A stretch of 64,000 bases of DNA from Labilithrix luteola (lineage in GTDB: Bacteria > Myxococcota_A > Polyangia > Polyangiales > Polyangiaceae), in assembly GCF_001263205.1 (NCBI RefSeq), contig NZ_CP012333.1:11121377-11185376 (forward strand). The letters are read 5' to 3'. Of this stretch, positions 49,362-58,766 are shown piece after piece. The position numbers and the translations under genes were made by a program. Within the stretch, counting starts at the first letter, position 1. Each line of letters begins with the position of its first letter. The notes under the pieces are model-generated. The model did not search any database. It was not told the DNA's origin and saw only the letters and a list, made by a program, of their open reading frames with translations.

Positions 49362-50000
49362 GTGATTCGCAGTCCCCATTTCACATTGGCACTCGCACTT
49401 TCGGCGGTCGTCGCTGCCTGCACGACGACCGCCGCGCCCTCGCCCTCCCCCTCGCCTGACGGGGATGCGGTTGTCGTCCAGCGGACGGCGCAGCCCTGCG
49501 TGCCGGGCGAGGTCACGCTTCCCATTGGCGCGTTCGACATGACATCGAGCGAAGGCGGAGGCAGGGCGTGCGCGGTCGGCAACGTCCTCGACGAGGACGG
49601 CAAGTTCGCCGCGATCGCGAGCGCCGGTTCCGCGACGCACGAGCTCGCAGGGCGTGCCGTGAACGGCTGCATCGGTGTCGAGTTCGGCGACGACATCCTG
49701 CTTTCGTCGTTCATCATGAAGATGCGGCCGACGCATGGCGCGTGCGGGCACTCGTGCACGCCGGGCGTCGAGACCGGCTGCGGCACGGGCTGGAAGGTGG
49801 CCATCTTCGTCGGGCCGACGCTCGAGGAGCTCGAGTTCCTCCAGCAGCTTTCGCTCACGACAGAGGACGTCTTCGAGTATCGCGTCGCTGTCTTCAAATC
49901 CAATCGTGCGCGCTACGCGGTCATCTGTCGGGAGCCGACGCCGGAGACGGGCGACGATGTCGAAATCGACGCTCTCGCCGGCTTCTGCCAAGTCCAATGA
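49362..50000 (+). CDS. Hypothetical Cys-containing lipoprotein
   Basis: GTG start. Lipobox AVVAAC. 212 aa. No clear RBS. Confidence 0.5.
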   Translation: MIRSPHFTLALALSAVVAACTTTAAPSPSPSPDGDAVVVQRTAQPCVPGEVTLPIGAFDMTSSEGGGRACAVGNVLDEDGKFAAIASAGSATHELAGRAVNGCIGVEFGDDILLSSFIMKMRPTHGACGHSCTPGVETGCGTGWKVAIFVGPTLEELEFLQQLSLTTEDVFEYRVAVFKSNRARYAVICREPTPETGDDVEIDALAGFCQVQ

Positions 50001-50136
50001 GTCCGAACGATTGACAGTTTGCGGCGGGATAGAGGCGCGCACCCCGTCCCTTCGCCTCGCCGATCGACCAGCCGTCACATTGCTGCAGGCCCTCCGCTGC
50101 AGTGGGAATCCGTAGTGGGTAGTAAGGAGCGAGATT

Positions 50137-51297
50137 ATGCGTTCGAGAAGGTCTGGTCTGGTTGGATTCGCCATTGCTGGTCTCGTCGGCGCGTACGCGG
50201 TGATCGGGTGCAGCGCTGACGGCGGCGGCGTCGAGCCCGACGGTCTCGAGCTCGATCTCGCGGACAGTGGGGAGGACGCGACCGAGCCTGAGTCGTCCAC
50301 CGTCCTTCCGCCAAGCACGGACGCATCCGCCCAGGACTCAGGCCCCAAAGATGCGGGCAAAGACGCTGCCAAAGACGCCGGCAATGATGCGGGCAAAGAC
50401 GCGGGCGGTACCGTAGCCAAGGATGCCGGCGCTCCCCCGCCCACCCCGTGGACCCCCTGCACCACGGTCGATCAGATCGCCGCGCGGAGCTGCGGAATGT
50501 GCGGCAAGCAGACGGCCATCTGTCAGGAAGTCTACGGGGAGCTCGTTTGGACCGATTACGGCCCATGCCAGAACGAAGCAGGAGAGTGTCTGCCTGGCGC
50601 GACACAGGCGTGCGGAAACTGCGGGACCCAGACGTGCTCGAACACGTGCGGATGGGGATCGTGCACCGGGCAGCCCCCCTCGAGCTGCACGCCGGGAACC
50701 GTCGAGTACACGCAGGCGGGGTGTCCGACCGGCGGATACAAGAACCGAGCGTGCGGGACGGCGTGCTCGTGGGACCCCTATACCGTCGCCTGCGCTGTCC
50801 CCACGGCTCCGAACAAGATGACGATCTCCGCCACGGTCGGCACCATCGTGAAACAGCAGTACAGGTTCCCGGACGACACGGCCCCGAAGCCAAACACCTC
50901 GTGCAACGGCCTAACGACCACCAACGTCCGTTCGTTCCCCGTCGAGGTGGCGAACCCGACGTCGCAGACGGCGACGCTCACCGTGTTCAACTCGAAGTCG
51001 CCGACGACGGGCGCCGATGTCGATACGGTCATTTGGTACTACAAGGGTGAGGCGCTGCCGATGTCCGACGCCGAACGCGGCCAGTGCACCGGTACGGTGA
51101 CCGACTCTTGCAGCGGGACGACTCCCATCAACCTCTGCGGGAATGCGAGCGACACGAGCTCCCTGCTCGCTGGCGTCCCGAACGTCACGATCCCGCCGAA
51201 CGGCAAGATCGTCGTATTCACCGCGCTCTGGGGCTCCAGCACCAGCGCCGGAGACGGCACGATCATGCTGAACCTCAAGACGGACAAGCTTCAGTGA
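50137..51297 (+). CDS. Lipoprotein sharing the DAGKDA-repeat plus Cys-rich N-terminal module with gene 45983, but with a different C-terminal domain
   Basis: RBS AAGGAG. Lipobox VIGC. Identical-pattern Cys module CTTVDQIAARSCGMCGKQTAICQ...CGNCGTQTCSNTCGWGSC. The C-terminal 200 aa are unrelated to RCC1. Confidence 0.8.
   Translation: MRSRRSGLVGFAIAGLVGAYAVIGCSADGGGVEPDGLELDLADSGEDATEPESSTVLPPSTDASAQDSGPKDAGKDAAKDAGNDAGKDAGGTVAKDAGAPPPTPWTPCTTVDQIAARSCGMCGKQTAICQEVYGELVWTDYGPCQNEAGECLPGATQACGNCGTQTCSNTCGWGSCTGQPPSSCTPGTVEYTQAGCPTGGYKNRACGTACSWDPYTVACAVPTAPNKMTISATVGTIVKQQYRFPDDTAPKPNTSCNGLTTTNVRSFPVEVANPTSQTATLTVFNSKSPTTGADVDTVIWYYKGEALPMSDAERGQCTGTVTDSCSGTTPINLCGNASDTSSLLAGVPNVTIPPNGKIVVFTALWGSSTSAGDGTIMLNLKTDKLQ
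50458..50775 (+). repeat. Dispersed repeat copy 2 (Cys-rich module)
   Basis: See copy 1 at 46286-46605. Confidence 0.7.
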
Positions 51298-51427
51298 GCT
51301 GACCCACGTTCCGGCGACGCACGGAGCGGCGGGCTTGGCGAACCTCAGGGTGCCGCTCGCCGGACGTGCTCAGCCAATCTTCGTCGATCGCTCACGCTCG
51401 AGAGTCTGACGGCATAAGTTTCAACAA

Positions 51428-54028
51428 ATGGATTCGTCGACATTCGACGAAGGCAGAATTCAAAACATGGCTATAACGATGACTCGGCATCGCGTGGTTC
51501 TCGCGGCTTGCGCGCTTGTCGCCGCGGTTATCGCGTGGGGATGTAGTGGCAGTGACGGGCCTTCGAATATTCCCGATTGCCAAGTTGGACAGGAGCTCTG
51601 TTCGGGGGTTTGCGTCGACGTCGGTGCCAACCGCGCCAACTGCGGAGCGTGTGGCAAGTCGTGCTCCAGCGGCGAAGCATGCAACGACGGCAAGTGCGTC
51701 CTCTCGTGCACCGGAAGTACGACGAACTGCGAAGGGGCGTGCGTTGACACGCGAGTCGACAGCGCCAACTGCGGAGCGTGTGGAACCGCGTGCACCGGGG
51801 GCGAGGTGTGCAGTGCTGGCAAGTGCGCACCGTCGTGCAGCGGTGGCACCACGCAATGCGGGTCGAAGTGCATCGATACGAAGCTCGATAACGCCAACTG
51901 CGGAGCATGCGGCAAGGCGTGTGGCAAGGGCGAGCTCTGCTCGAACGGTGCATGTGCTCCGAGCTGTGGCGCCGGCACCGCCGAGTGCGGAGGCAAGTGC
52001 GTAGAGACGGAGAACGACCCGGCCAACTGCGGTGCGTGCGGGAATGCATGTCCCGAAGGCAAGGTCTGCTCGCACGGAACCTGCTCGGTGACATGCCTTG
52101 GCGGCAGCACCAAGTGCGGTGGCAAGTGCGCGGACACGGCAGTCGACCCGGCCAACTGCGGAGGGTGCTTGCTCGAATGTGCGAGCGGTCAAGTCTGCTC
52201 GAACGGAGCGTGCTCGCTCTCGTGCGTCGGCGGGACGAAGAAGTGCGGGAACAGGTGCGTCGACACGGCCGCCGATCCGGCAAACTGCGGCGCCTGCGGA
52301 AATTCATGCACGAACGGCCAGGCATGTTCGAACGGCACGTGCTCGTTGAAGTGCGCGGGCGGAACCACGAAGTGCGGAAGCAAGTGCGCGGATACGGTCA
52401 CCGACCCGGCCAACTGCGGCACATGCGGGAACGCGTGTCCGAGTGGTCAGGTCTGCTCGAACGGCGCGTGCACCCTGTCGTGTGCCGGCGGCACGACCAA
52501 GTGCGGGTCCAAGTGTGCCAACACGACGAACGATCCTTCCAACTGTGGCGCCTGCGGGACCGCGTGCACCGGCGGCACCGTGTGTTCGAACGGCACGTGC
52601 TCGCTGACGTGTGTTGGCGGCACCACCAAGTGCGATTCGAAGTGTGTCGACACGAAGAGCGATTCGTTCAACTGCGGAAGCTGCGGAACCGCGTGCGATT
52701 CCGGTGAGCGATGCTCGAACGGCGTCTGCGCGAGCGCGGGGACCGGCACGGGCGAGGTATGCGGCGTCGGCACGACCGGTTGCAGCGGTGTCTGCGTCGA
52801 CACGTCGAGCAACGCGAGCCACTGCGGTGCGTGTGGCAATGCCTGCACGTCGGGCAGAACGTGCAAAAACAGCGTGTGCGTTTGCAACCCGGGCGAGTCC
52901 GCGTGCGGTACGGGCTGCGCGAACTTGTCGACGAACAGCTTGAACTGCGGTGCGTGCGGCAACGCATGTGGCGCGAACCAGGTCTGCGCCGGCGGCACGT
53001 GTATGGGGATCACGCAAGGCACGGGCGGTGCGGGCGGTAGCCTGACGGGCTCGGCCCTGCCGAAGGTCGCCGTCATGGCGGCTGCTTCGACGCAGGGGCC
53101 GGATCTTCAGGCAAAGCTCGTCGCGACCAAGCTGTTCTCTGCAGTCGATTTCGTCAGCGTCAGCAGCACCTCCACGCCCACTCTCGCGACGATGAAGACG
53201 TACGACGCGATCGTGGCCTGGACCTATTCGTCGGTGGCCTCGGCGTTCGGCGACAACCTCGCGCAGTACCTCGAGGCAGGCGGCGGCGTGGTCCTCGCCG
53301 ACTACGAGTCGCAGGAGACGGGGACGTATGCACTCACCGGCCGTTACCAGACGGACTACACACTCTCGACGCCGGTCCCCTCGAGCAACTGGGTGAAGAC
53401 TCCCGTGACGCTCGGCACGATCAACGAGCCCGCGAGCCCGCTCATGGCTGGCGTAACCTCCTTCGGTTACCCCTCCACCTCGTCGGCGTATCACCTGCCA
53501 GCGTCGAGCTTCAACAAGAACAACCCGGTCATCGTGGCGTCGTACTCCGACGGCATTCCCGCGGTCGTGCGAGGCGTGATCAACGGGCACACCGTGGTCG
53601 AAATCAATGGCTCGGGCGCTTCGACGACATCGTACTCGTCCGGATGGGACCCGGCGAGCAGCGGAGCCAGGCTGTTCGCGAACGCGCTGATCTTCACGAT
53701 TCCGTCGCCGACGATCACGACGTCAAAGCAGCTCGATTTCGGCAACCAGCAAGTCTTCACCTCGTCCTCGCCTCAGCTGGTGACGTACACGAACGCGAGC
53801 AACGTGCCCCAGACGATCACGGCGCTCGGCCTCAGCGGCAGCCACATCGGCGACTTCGCGATGGCGCCGTCGTCCGGGCTGCCGGTCACGCTCCAGCCGG
53901 GAGATACGTTCGTCGTGAACGTGGGCTTCTCGCCTGCTGGAACGGGCCTCCGCGCAGCGATGCTCTCCGCGACCATCGCGAGCACGAACGCGCAGGCGAC
54001 GACGTTGCTCACCGGCACCGGCAACTGA
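51428..54028 (+). CDS. Lipoprotein with 13 tandem myxobacterial cysteine-rich repeats (CxxCGxC type) and a C-terminal Ser/Thr-rich domain
   Basis: Lipobox AWGC. About 13 repeats of ~28 aa with pattern C.DT..D..NCGACG..C..G..CS.G.C...C.GGTTKCG.KC, encoded by ~84-bp tandem nucleotide repeats between 51600 and 52990. Alternative start at 51467. Confidence 0.85.
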   Translation: MDSSTFDEGRIQNMAITMTRHRVVLAACALVAAVIAWGCSGSDGPSNIPDCQVGQELCSGVCVDVGANRANCGACGKSCSSGEACNDGKCVLSCTGSTTNCEGACVDTRVDSANCGACGTACTGGEVCSAGKCAPSCSGGTTQCGSKCIDTKLDNANCGACGKACGKGELCSNGACAPSCGAGTAECGGKCVETENDPANCGACGNACPEGKVCSHGTCSVTCLGGSTKCGGKCADTAVDPANCGGCLLECASGQVCSNGACSLSCVGGTKKCGNRCVDTAADPANCGACGNSCTNGQACSNGTCSLKCAGGTTKCGSKCADTVTDPANCGTCGNACPSGQVCSNGACTLSCAGGTTKCGSKCANTTNDPSNCGACGTACTGGTVCSNGTCSLTCVGGTTKCDSKCVDTKSDSFNCGSCGTACDSGERCSNGVCASAGTGTGEVCGVGTTGCSGVCVDTSSNASHCGACGNACTSGRTCKNSVCVCNPGESACGTGCANLSTNSLNCGACGNACGANQVCAGGTCMGITQGTGGAGGSLTGSALPKVAVMAAASTQGPDLQAKLVATKLFSAVDFVSVSSTSTPTLATMKTYDAIVAWTYSSVASAFGDNLAQYLEAGGGVVLADYESQETGTYALTGRYQTDYTLSTPVPSSNWVKTPVTLGTINEPASPLMAGVTSFGYPSTSSAYHLPASSFNKNNPVIVASYSDGIPAVVRGVINGHTVVEINGSGASTTSYSSGWDPASSGARLFANALIFTIPSPTITTSKQLDFGNQQVFTSSSPQLVTYTNASNVPQTITALGLSGSHIGDFAMAPSSGLPVTLQPGDTFVVNVGFSPAGTGLRAAMLSATIASTNAQATTLLTGTGN

Positions 54029-54179
54029 ACGCAACCGAACGCTAGCGGGCTTGGGCGGCGCCAAACGTGCGCTGCCCAGGCCCGCGCTCGTTTCGACGCC
54101 TCGAACGTTGTTGATCATCCCGCTCCTCCGTGCTCCGTGCCTTCAAGGGCCAGATCACGAACGGCGAGTTCGCGGGCAA

Positions 54180-55295
54180 TCAGCGCCCGGGCATCGGATG
54201 CCCCGCCTTCGCGCGGGCCTCGATCATGTTCTTCAACTCTTCGACTTCGATCGACTGATTGAGCGCCTGCTCGAGCGTGATGAAGCGGCGCATGTAGAGG
54301 TTCAGGAGCGACTGGTTCAGCGTGAGCATGCCGAACTTGTCCTGGCCGACCTGCATCTGACCGTAGATCTGATGGACCTTGTTCTCGCGAATCAGGTTCC
54401 GGATGGCGGGGTTCGGCACCAGGATCTCCATGGCGAGGCAGCGGCCCGGCGCACCGGCGCGCGGCAAGAGCTGCTGGGTGATGACGCCCTGGAGAACGAA
54501 CGACAGCTTGTTGCGGATCTGGTCCTGCTGGTGGGGCGGGAAGACGTCGATGATACGGTTGATCGTCGACACCGCGCTGTTCGTGTGGAGCGTGGCGAAG
54601 ACCAAGTGACCGGTTTCGGCGATGGTCAGCGCGGCCTCGATGGTGTCGAGGTCGCGCATTTCGCCGACGAGCACGACGTCGGGGTCCTGGCGAAGAACGT
54701 AACGGAGCGCGCCCTTGAACGACGCGGTGTCCGAGCCGACTTCGCGCTGATTCACGACGCACATCTTGTGCGGGTGCAAGTACTCGATCGGGTCTTCGAT
54801 CGTAAGGATGTGCATCCGCTGCTCGCTGTTGATCTTGTCGATGATCGACGCGAGCGTGGTGCTCTTGCCCGAACCGGTGGGTCCGGTGACGAGGACGAGG
54901 CCGTTCGGCTTGTTCGCGATGTCCGAGATGACGGTCGGCAGACCGAGCTCGTCGAACGAGAGGATCTTGAAGGGAATCGTTCGAATCGCGCCGGCGATCG
55001 TGGTGCGCTGCAGGTAGATGTTGGCGCGGAAACGCGAGAGGTTCTTCACGCCGAACGAGAGGTCGAGCTCGCTGTCCTTTTCGAACGAGATCTTCTGCTC
55101 CTCGGTCATGATCGAGTAGCAGAGCTGCTTCGTGTCGACCGGGGTGAGCGGCGGCAGCTTGAGCGGAATGACCTCGCCGTCGATGCGCAGGAGCGGCGGC
55201 GCGCCTGCCGTGATGTGCATGTCGCTCGCGCCCTTCTCGACCATCGCCTTGAGGAGCTGGTGGAGATTGACCTTGAGTTCGCCAGCCTGGGTCAT
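54180..55295 (-). CDS. pilT: Type IV pilus retraction ATPase PilT
   Basis: Walker A GPTGSGKST. Motifs ILTIEDPIE and LRQDPDV. C-terminal AIRNLIRE. RBS AAGGA. Confidence 0.9.
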   Translation of the reverse strand: MTQAGELKVNLHQLLKAMVEKGASDMHITAGAPPLLRIDGEVIPLKLPPLTPVDTKQLCYSIMTEEQKISFEKDSELDLSFGVKNLSRFRANIYLQRTTIAGAIRTIPFKILSFDELGLPTVISDIANKPNGLVLVTGPTGSGKSTTLASIIDKINSEQRMHILTIEDPIEYLHPHKMCVVNQREVGSDTASFKGALRYVLRQDPDVVLVGEMRDLDTIEAALTIAETGHLVFATLHTNSAVSTINRIIDVFPPHQQDQIRNKLSFVLQGVITQQLLPRAGAPGRCLAMEILVPNPAIRNLIRENKVHQIYGQMQVGQDKFGMLTLNQSLLNLYMRRFITLEQALNQSIEVEELKNMIEARAKAGHPMPGR

Positions 55296-55379
55296 GCCTT
55301 GATTCCTTCTCGATTCCTTCGACTCAGTCGGCGCATATCAGCCAGCGCGTTAGTCGCAATGCCCTTCGGATAGGCAGAA

Positions 55380-55537
55380 TTTTCACAGGAAGGTAGGAAG
55401 AACGGAAGGATTTAAAAATCGCCCGGCGTAAGCGCCAAACTGCGCTTGCTAGGGAATTGAATGCCCCGATGACGACGCCGTGTCGACTTGCCCTCTCCGC
55501 CAAAAAGACTTCCGACCTTCCGACCTTCCTGTGAAAA
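55380..55537. promoter_or_regulatory. 18-bp inverted repeat pair separated by ~120 bp in the AT-richer pilB-pilT intergenic region
   Basis: ttttcacaggaaggtagg (55380-55397). The reverse complement of ccgaccttcctgtgaaaa (55520-55537) matches 17 of 18 positions. The right arm is preceded by tandem ttccgacc ttccgacc. Confidence 0.45.
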
Positions 55538-55596
55538 ATCTCGGGTCGAATCCATCGGTGTTTGATGGATGTCTGTTTATCCGAACGGCATAGGCG

Positions 55597-57303
55597 TCAG
55601 TCTGCCATCGTGACGCGGAGGATTTCCTCCGTCGTCGTGACTCCGTCGAGCACCTTGCCGATGCCCGACATTCGGAGAGTCATCATGCCTTGCTTGATCG
55701 CGGCGGCCTTGAGCTCCGCAGTCGACGAGCCCTGGAGAACGAGCTCCTTGAGCGTGTCGTTGAAGCGCATGACTTCGTAGAGAGCCACGCGGCCTTTGTA
55801 GCCCGTGCCGTTGCACGTGCGGCAGCCGAAGCCTTTCACGAGACGACCCGGCGCGGCTTGGATCTGCGCCGGCGTGAAGCCGACCTCCTGCAGCGCCGCG
55901 GGGTCGATCTGGATCTGCTGCCGGCAGTCGCCACACACCTTACGCGCGAGACGCTGGGCGAGAACGAGGTTGACCGACGCCGTGATGAGGAACGGCTCGA
56001 CACCCATGTTGAGGAGACGCGAGATCGTTGCCGGAGCGTCGTTCGTGTGGAGCGTCGAGAGAACCATGTGGCCGGTGAGCGCGGCCTTGACCGCGATTTC
56101 CGCGGTCTCGAAGTCACGGATCTCGCCGACCATGATGATGTCGGGGTCCTGACGGAGGAACGAGCGGAGCGCCGCGGCGAAGTTCAGGCCGATCGAGTCC
56201 TGCATCTGCACCTGGTTGATGCCGTGCAGGTTGTATTCGACCGGGTCTTCGGCGGTGCTGATGTTCGTGTCGGGCTGATTGAGCTCGCTGAGCGCCGAGT
56301 AGAGCGTCGTCGTCTTTCCCGAACCCGTGGGCCCCGTGACGAGCACCATGCCCCAGGGCTGGTTGATGGCCCACTTGAAGTCCTCGAGGGGCTTCACGTC
56401 GAAGCCGAGCTTCGTCATGTCGAGCTGGAGGTTGCCCTTGTCGAGGAGGCGCATGACGATCTTCTCGCCCCACAGGGTCGGAAGAATGCTCACGCGGAAG
56501 TCCATCTCGCGGCCCTTGCCGAGCTTCAGCTTGATACGACCGTCTTGCGGGAGCCGGCGCTCGGCGATGTCGAGCGAGCTCATGATCTTCAGACGGCTGA
56601 CGATCGCGTTCTTCAACTTGAGGGGCGGCGTCATCTCTTCGACGAGCACGCCGTCGACGCGGTAACGCACGCGGAGCCGCTTTTCGTAGGGCTCGATGTG
56701 AATGTCGCTCGCGCCCTTCTTGATGGCGTTGAGCAGGATCATGTTCACGAGACGAACGACGGGAGCGTCTTCGCTGGCGCGCTCGAGCTCGAGGGCGTTG
56801 AGATCTTCTTCGTCGCCGGTGAACTCGATCTCCGACTCGTCGAAGCCGGCCATGACCTCCTCGTACGAGGGGCCGACCGAGTAATAACGCTCGACGGCGG
56901 CGAGGATGGCCGCCTCGCTCGCGATGACCGGCTCGATGTTGTAGCCGGTGAGGAACTTCAGGTCGTCGATGGCGTGGAGGTTCGTCGGGTCGGCCATCGC
57001 CACGATGAGCGAGCTACCCGCGCGCGAGACCGGGATGACCCGGTGCTTCTCGCACTGGTCCTTCGACACCAGCTTCAGGATCTCGGCGTCGATCTCGTAC
57101 TCTTCGAGATTGATCGTCGGGACGCGGTACTGCTGAGACAGGAAGTTGGTGATTTCCTGGTCACTGATGAAGCCGAGCTTCGCCAGCGTGTAACCCAGGT
57201 TCTGCCCGGAGCGATTCTGCTCGTCCTGCGCCTGCCGCAGCTGCGTGAGCGAGATCAGCTTCTCTCGAACGAGCAGCTCACCGAGCCTGTTCTGGTTCGC
57301 CAT
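55597..57303 (-). CDS. pilB: Type IV pilus assembly ATPase PilB
   Basis: N-terminal GSPII domain, Walker A GPTGSGKTTT, C-terminal Cys4 zinc motif. ATG 57303 preferred over the upstream TTG at 57315. Confidence 0.9.
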   Translation of the reverse strand: MANQNRLGELLVREKLISLTQLRQAQDEQNRSGQNLGYTLAKLGFISDQEITNFLSQQYRVPTINLEEYEIDAEILKLVSKDQCEKHRVIPVSRAGSSLIVAMADPTNLHAIDDLKFLTGYNIEPVIASEAAILAAVERYYSVGPSYEEVMAGFDESEIEFTGDEEDLNALELERASEDAPVVRLVNMILLNAIKKGASDIHIEPYEKRLRVRYRVDGVLVEEMTPPLKLKNAIVSRLKIMSSLDIAERRLPQDGRIKLKLGKGREMDFRVSILPTLWGEKIVMRLLDKGNLQLDMTKLGFDVKPLEDFKWAINQPWGMVLVTGPTGSGKTTTLYSALSELNQPDTNISTAEDPVEYNLHGINQVQMQDSIGLNFAAALRSFLRQDPDIIMVGEIRDFETAEIAVKAALTGHMVLSTLHTNDAPATISRLLNMGVEPFLITASVNLVLAQRLARKVCGDCRQQIQIDPAALQEVGFTPAQIQAAPGRLVKGFGCRTCNGTGYKGRVALYEVMRFNDTLKELVLQGSSTAELKAAAIKQGMMTLRMSGIGKVLDGVTTTEEILRVTMAD

Positions 57304-57466
57304 GTTTGGGGACAAAGCGTCGATGATGCGACGGGATACGTCAATGGGCTCGCAGCACCGACGTGCGTGGTGACGTTCACGCCGGCCTTTCGAGAGGGTG
57401 ACGCCGTCCGTCCGATCGCAGGGGCACCAGGAGTTGCAGCGTTGTGGCAGACTGTGGGTCCGCCGA

Positions 57467-58672
57467 ATGCCGACCTTCTTCGACCGCTTCTTCGGAAAAG
57501 GACGCGCCGCGACGGCCGCTCAGGCCGCCGAGCTGCGAGGGGACCTCGCCAAGGCAGCTGAGCTCTACGGCGAGGCCGACCTGCCGGAGGAAGCCGCGCG
57601 GGTCATCCTCCTCCGCGGCGACAGCGAGACCGATCCGCGGGCGCGCCTCCAGTTCTTCGCCCAAGCCCGCCAGTTCGCACCGGCCGACTCGGACATCCAC
57701 AACGAAGCCCGAAGAAAGCGGGCAGAGCTCCTGCTCGCGCTTGCCGGCGACGCGACCGTGAGCGCTGTGGCTCGCCACGACGTGCTCGAGGCCGCGAAGG
57801 ACCTCGAAGCGGTCGGCGAGCCGCTCAGGGCCGCCGAAGCCTATGCGCGCGCCGGCGACAAGGAGGGCGAAGCGCGGGCGCTCCAGGCGGCGGGCGACGT
57901 CGAGCGCCTCGAGTTCCTCTTGTCGACCGAGCAGCACAAGGAGCGCATCTCCCGCGCACGTGACGACCGCACGAAAGACGTCGACCTGCTCATCGCGTGC
58001 GGCCGACGGCGCGAAGCGCTCGGTGCGCTCGACGAGCTCCTGCGCGAGATCCACAAGACGTCGAACGGAGACTTCGGCGTGCGTGTCGACGAGACGTCGC
58101 TCCGAGAGCGCGCCAACGGACTGCGCGCCCGCAAGATCGAGGCGCCCATCGTGGAGGTCGAGATCGGCGAGAGCCACGTCCGGCTCGTGCTCGGACGCGA
58201 GATCGTGATCGGCCGGAGCGAGGGCACCATCCGCGTCAGCTCCAACGCCATCAGCCGCCAGCACCTCCGGATCTTCCGCGAGGGCGACGCCGTCGTGGTA
58301 CGCGATCTCGAGAGCCGGAACGGCACGCAGCTCCGGGGCGTGAACCTCGCGGGCACCTTTCCCATCCACGAGGGCCTCGAGTTGAAGCTCGGACGCGAAG
58401 TCCCTCTACGAATCACGCCGAGCGAGGCGCTGCCGGGTGCCATCGAGATCGAGGTCGCCGGTCAGCGGTATCTCGCCACGCTCGGCCCGACGAACCTGCC
58501 CGCCTTCGGATTCGAGCTGGTTGCCGGTCCTGACGGTTGGGTGGAGCTGCTCGCGCGGCACCCGGCGTTCCAGGGCGACGTCGAACTCGTGGGACAGACG
58601 ACACTTCTCGCGGGTGACGCCATCGCCACGACGCGGGGTGGTGCACCGGCGATCCGGTTCGTGAGCACCTGA
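57467..58672 (+). CDS. TPR-like N-terminal / C-terminal FHA domain protein, divergent from pilB
   Basis: ATG 57467. Ala/Glu-rich helical N-terminus. FHA segment VIGRSEGTIRVSSNAISRQHLRI...SRNGTQLRG. Confidence 0.7.
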   Translation: MPTFFDRFFGKGRAATAAQAAELRGDLAKAAELYGEADLPEEAARVILLRGDSETDPRARLQFFAQARQFAPADSDIHNEARRKRAELLLALAGDATVSAVARHDVLEAAKDLEAVGEPLRAAEAYARAGDKEGEARALQAAGDVERLEFLLSTEQHKERISRARDDRTKDVDLLIACGRRREALGALDELLREIHKTSNGDFGVRVDETSLRERANGLRARKIEAPIVEVEIGESHVRLVLGREIVIGRSEGTIRVSSNAISRQHLRIFREGDAVVVRDLESRNGTQLRGVNLAGTFPIHEGLELKLGREVPLRITPSEALPGAIEIEVAGQRYLATLGPTNLPAFGFELVAGPDGWVELLARHPAFQGDVELVGQTTLLAGDAIATTRGGAPAIRFVST

Positions 58673-58766
58673 GCGCGCCTTCCGAGCCGCAAATCACGCG
58701 CTATTTTCGATCCCGAGACAAAGAAATGACGGGTCTATTTTCGGCCGCGAACTACTGTGTGGGCCC

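Noticed and set aside
55541-55560. tRNA T-loop-like motif GGGTCGAATCC
   Set aside because: Flanking sequence cannot form T-stem, acceptor or anticodon arms, so no cloverleaf is possible.
55690-57561. 623-aa plus-strand ORF
   Set aside because: Antisense to pilB (Walker A and Cys4 motifs on the minus strand).
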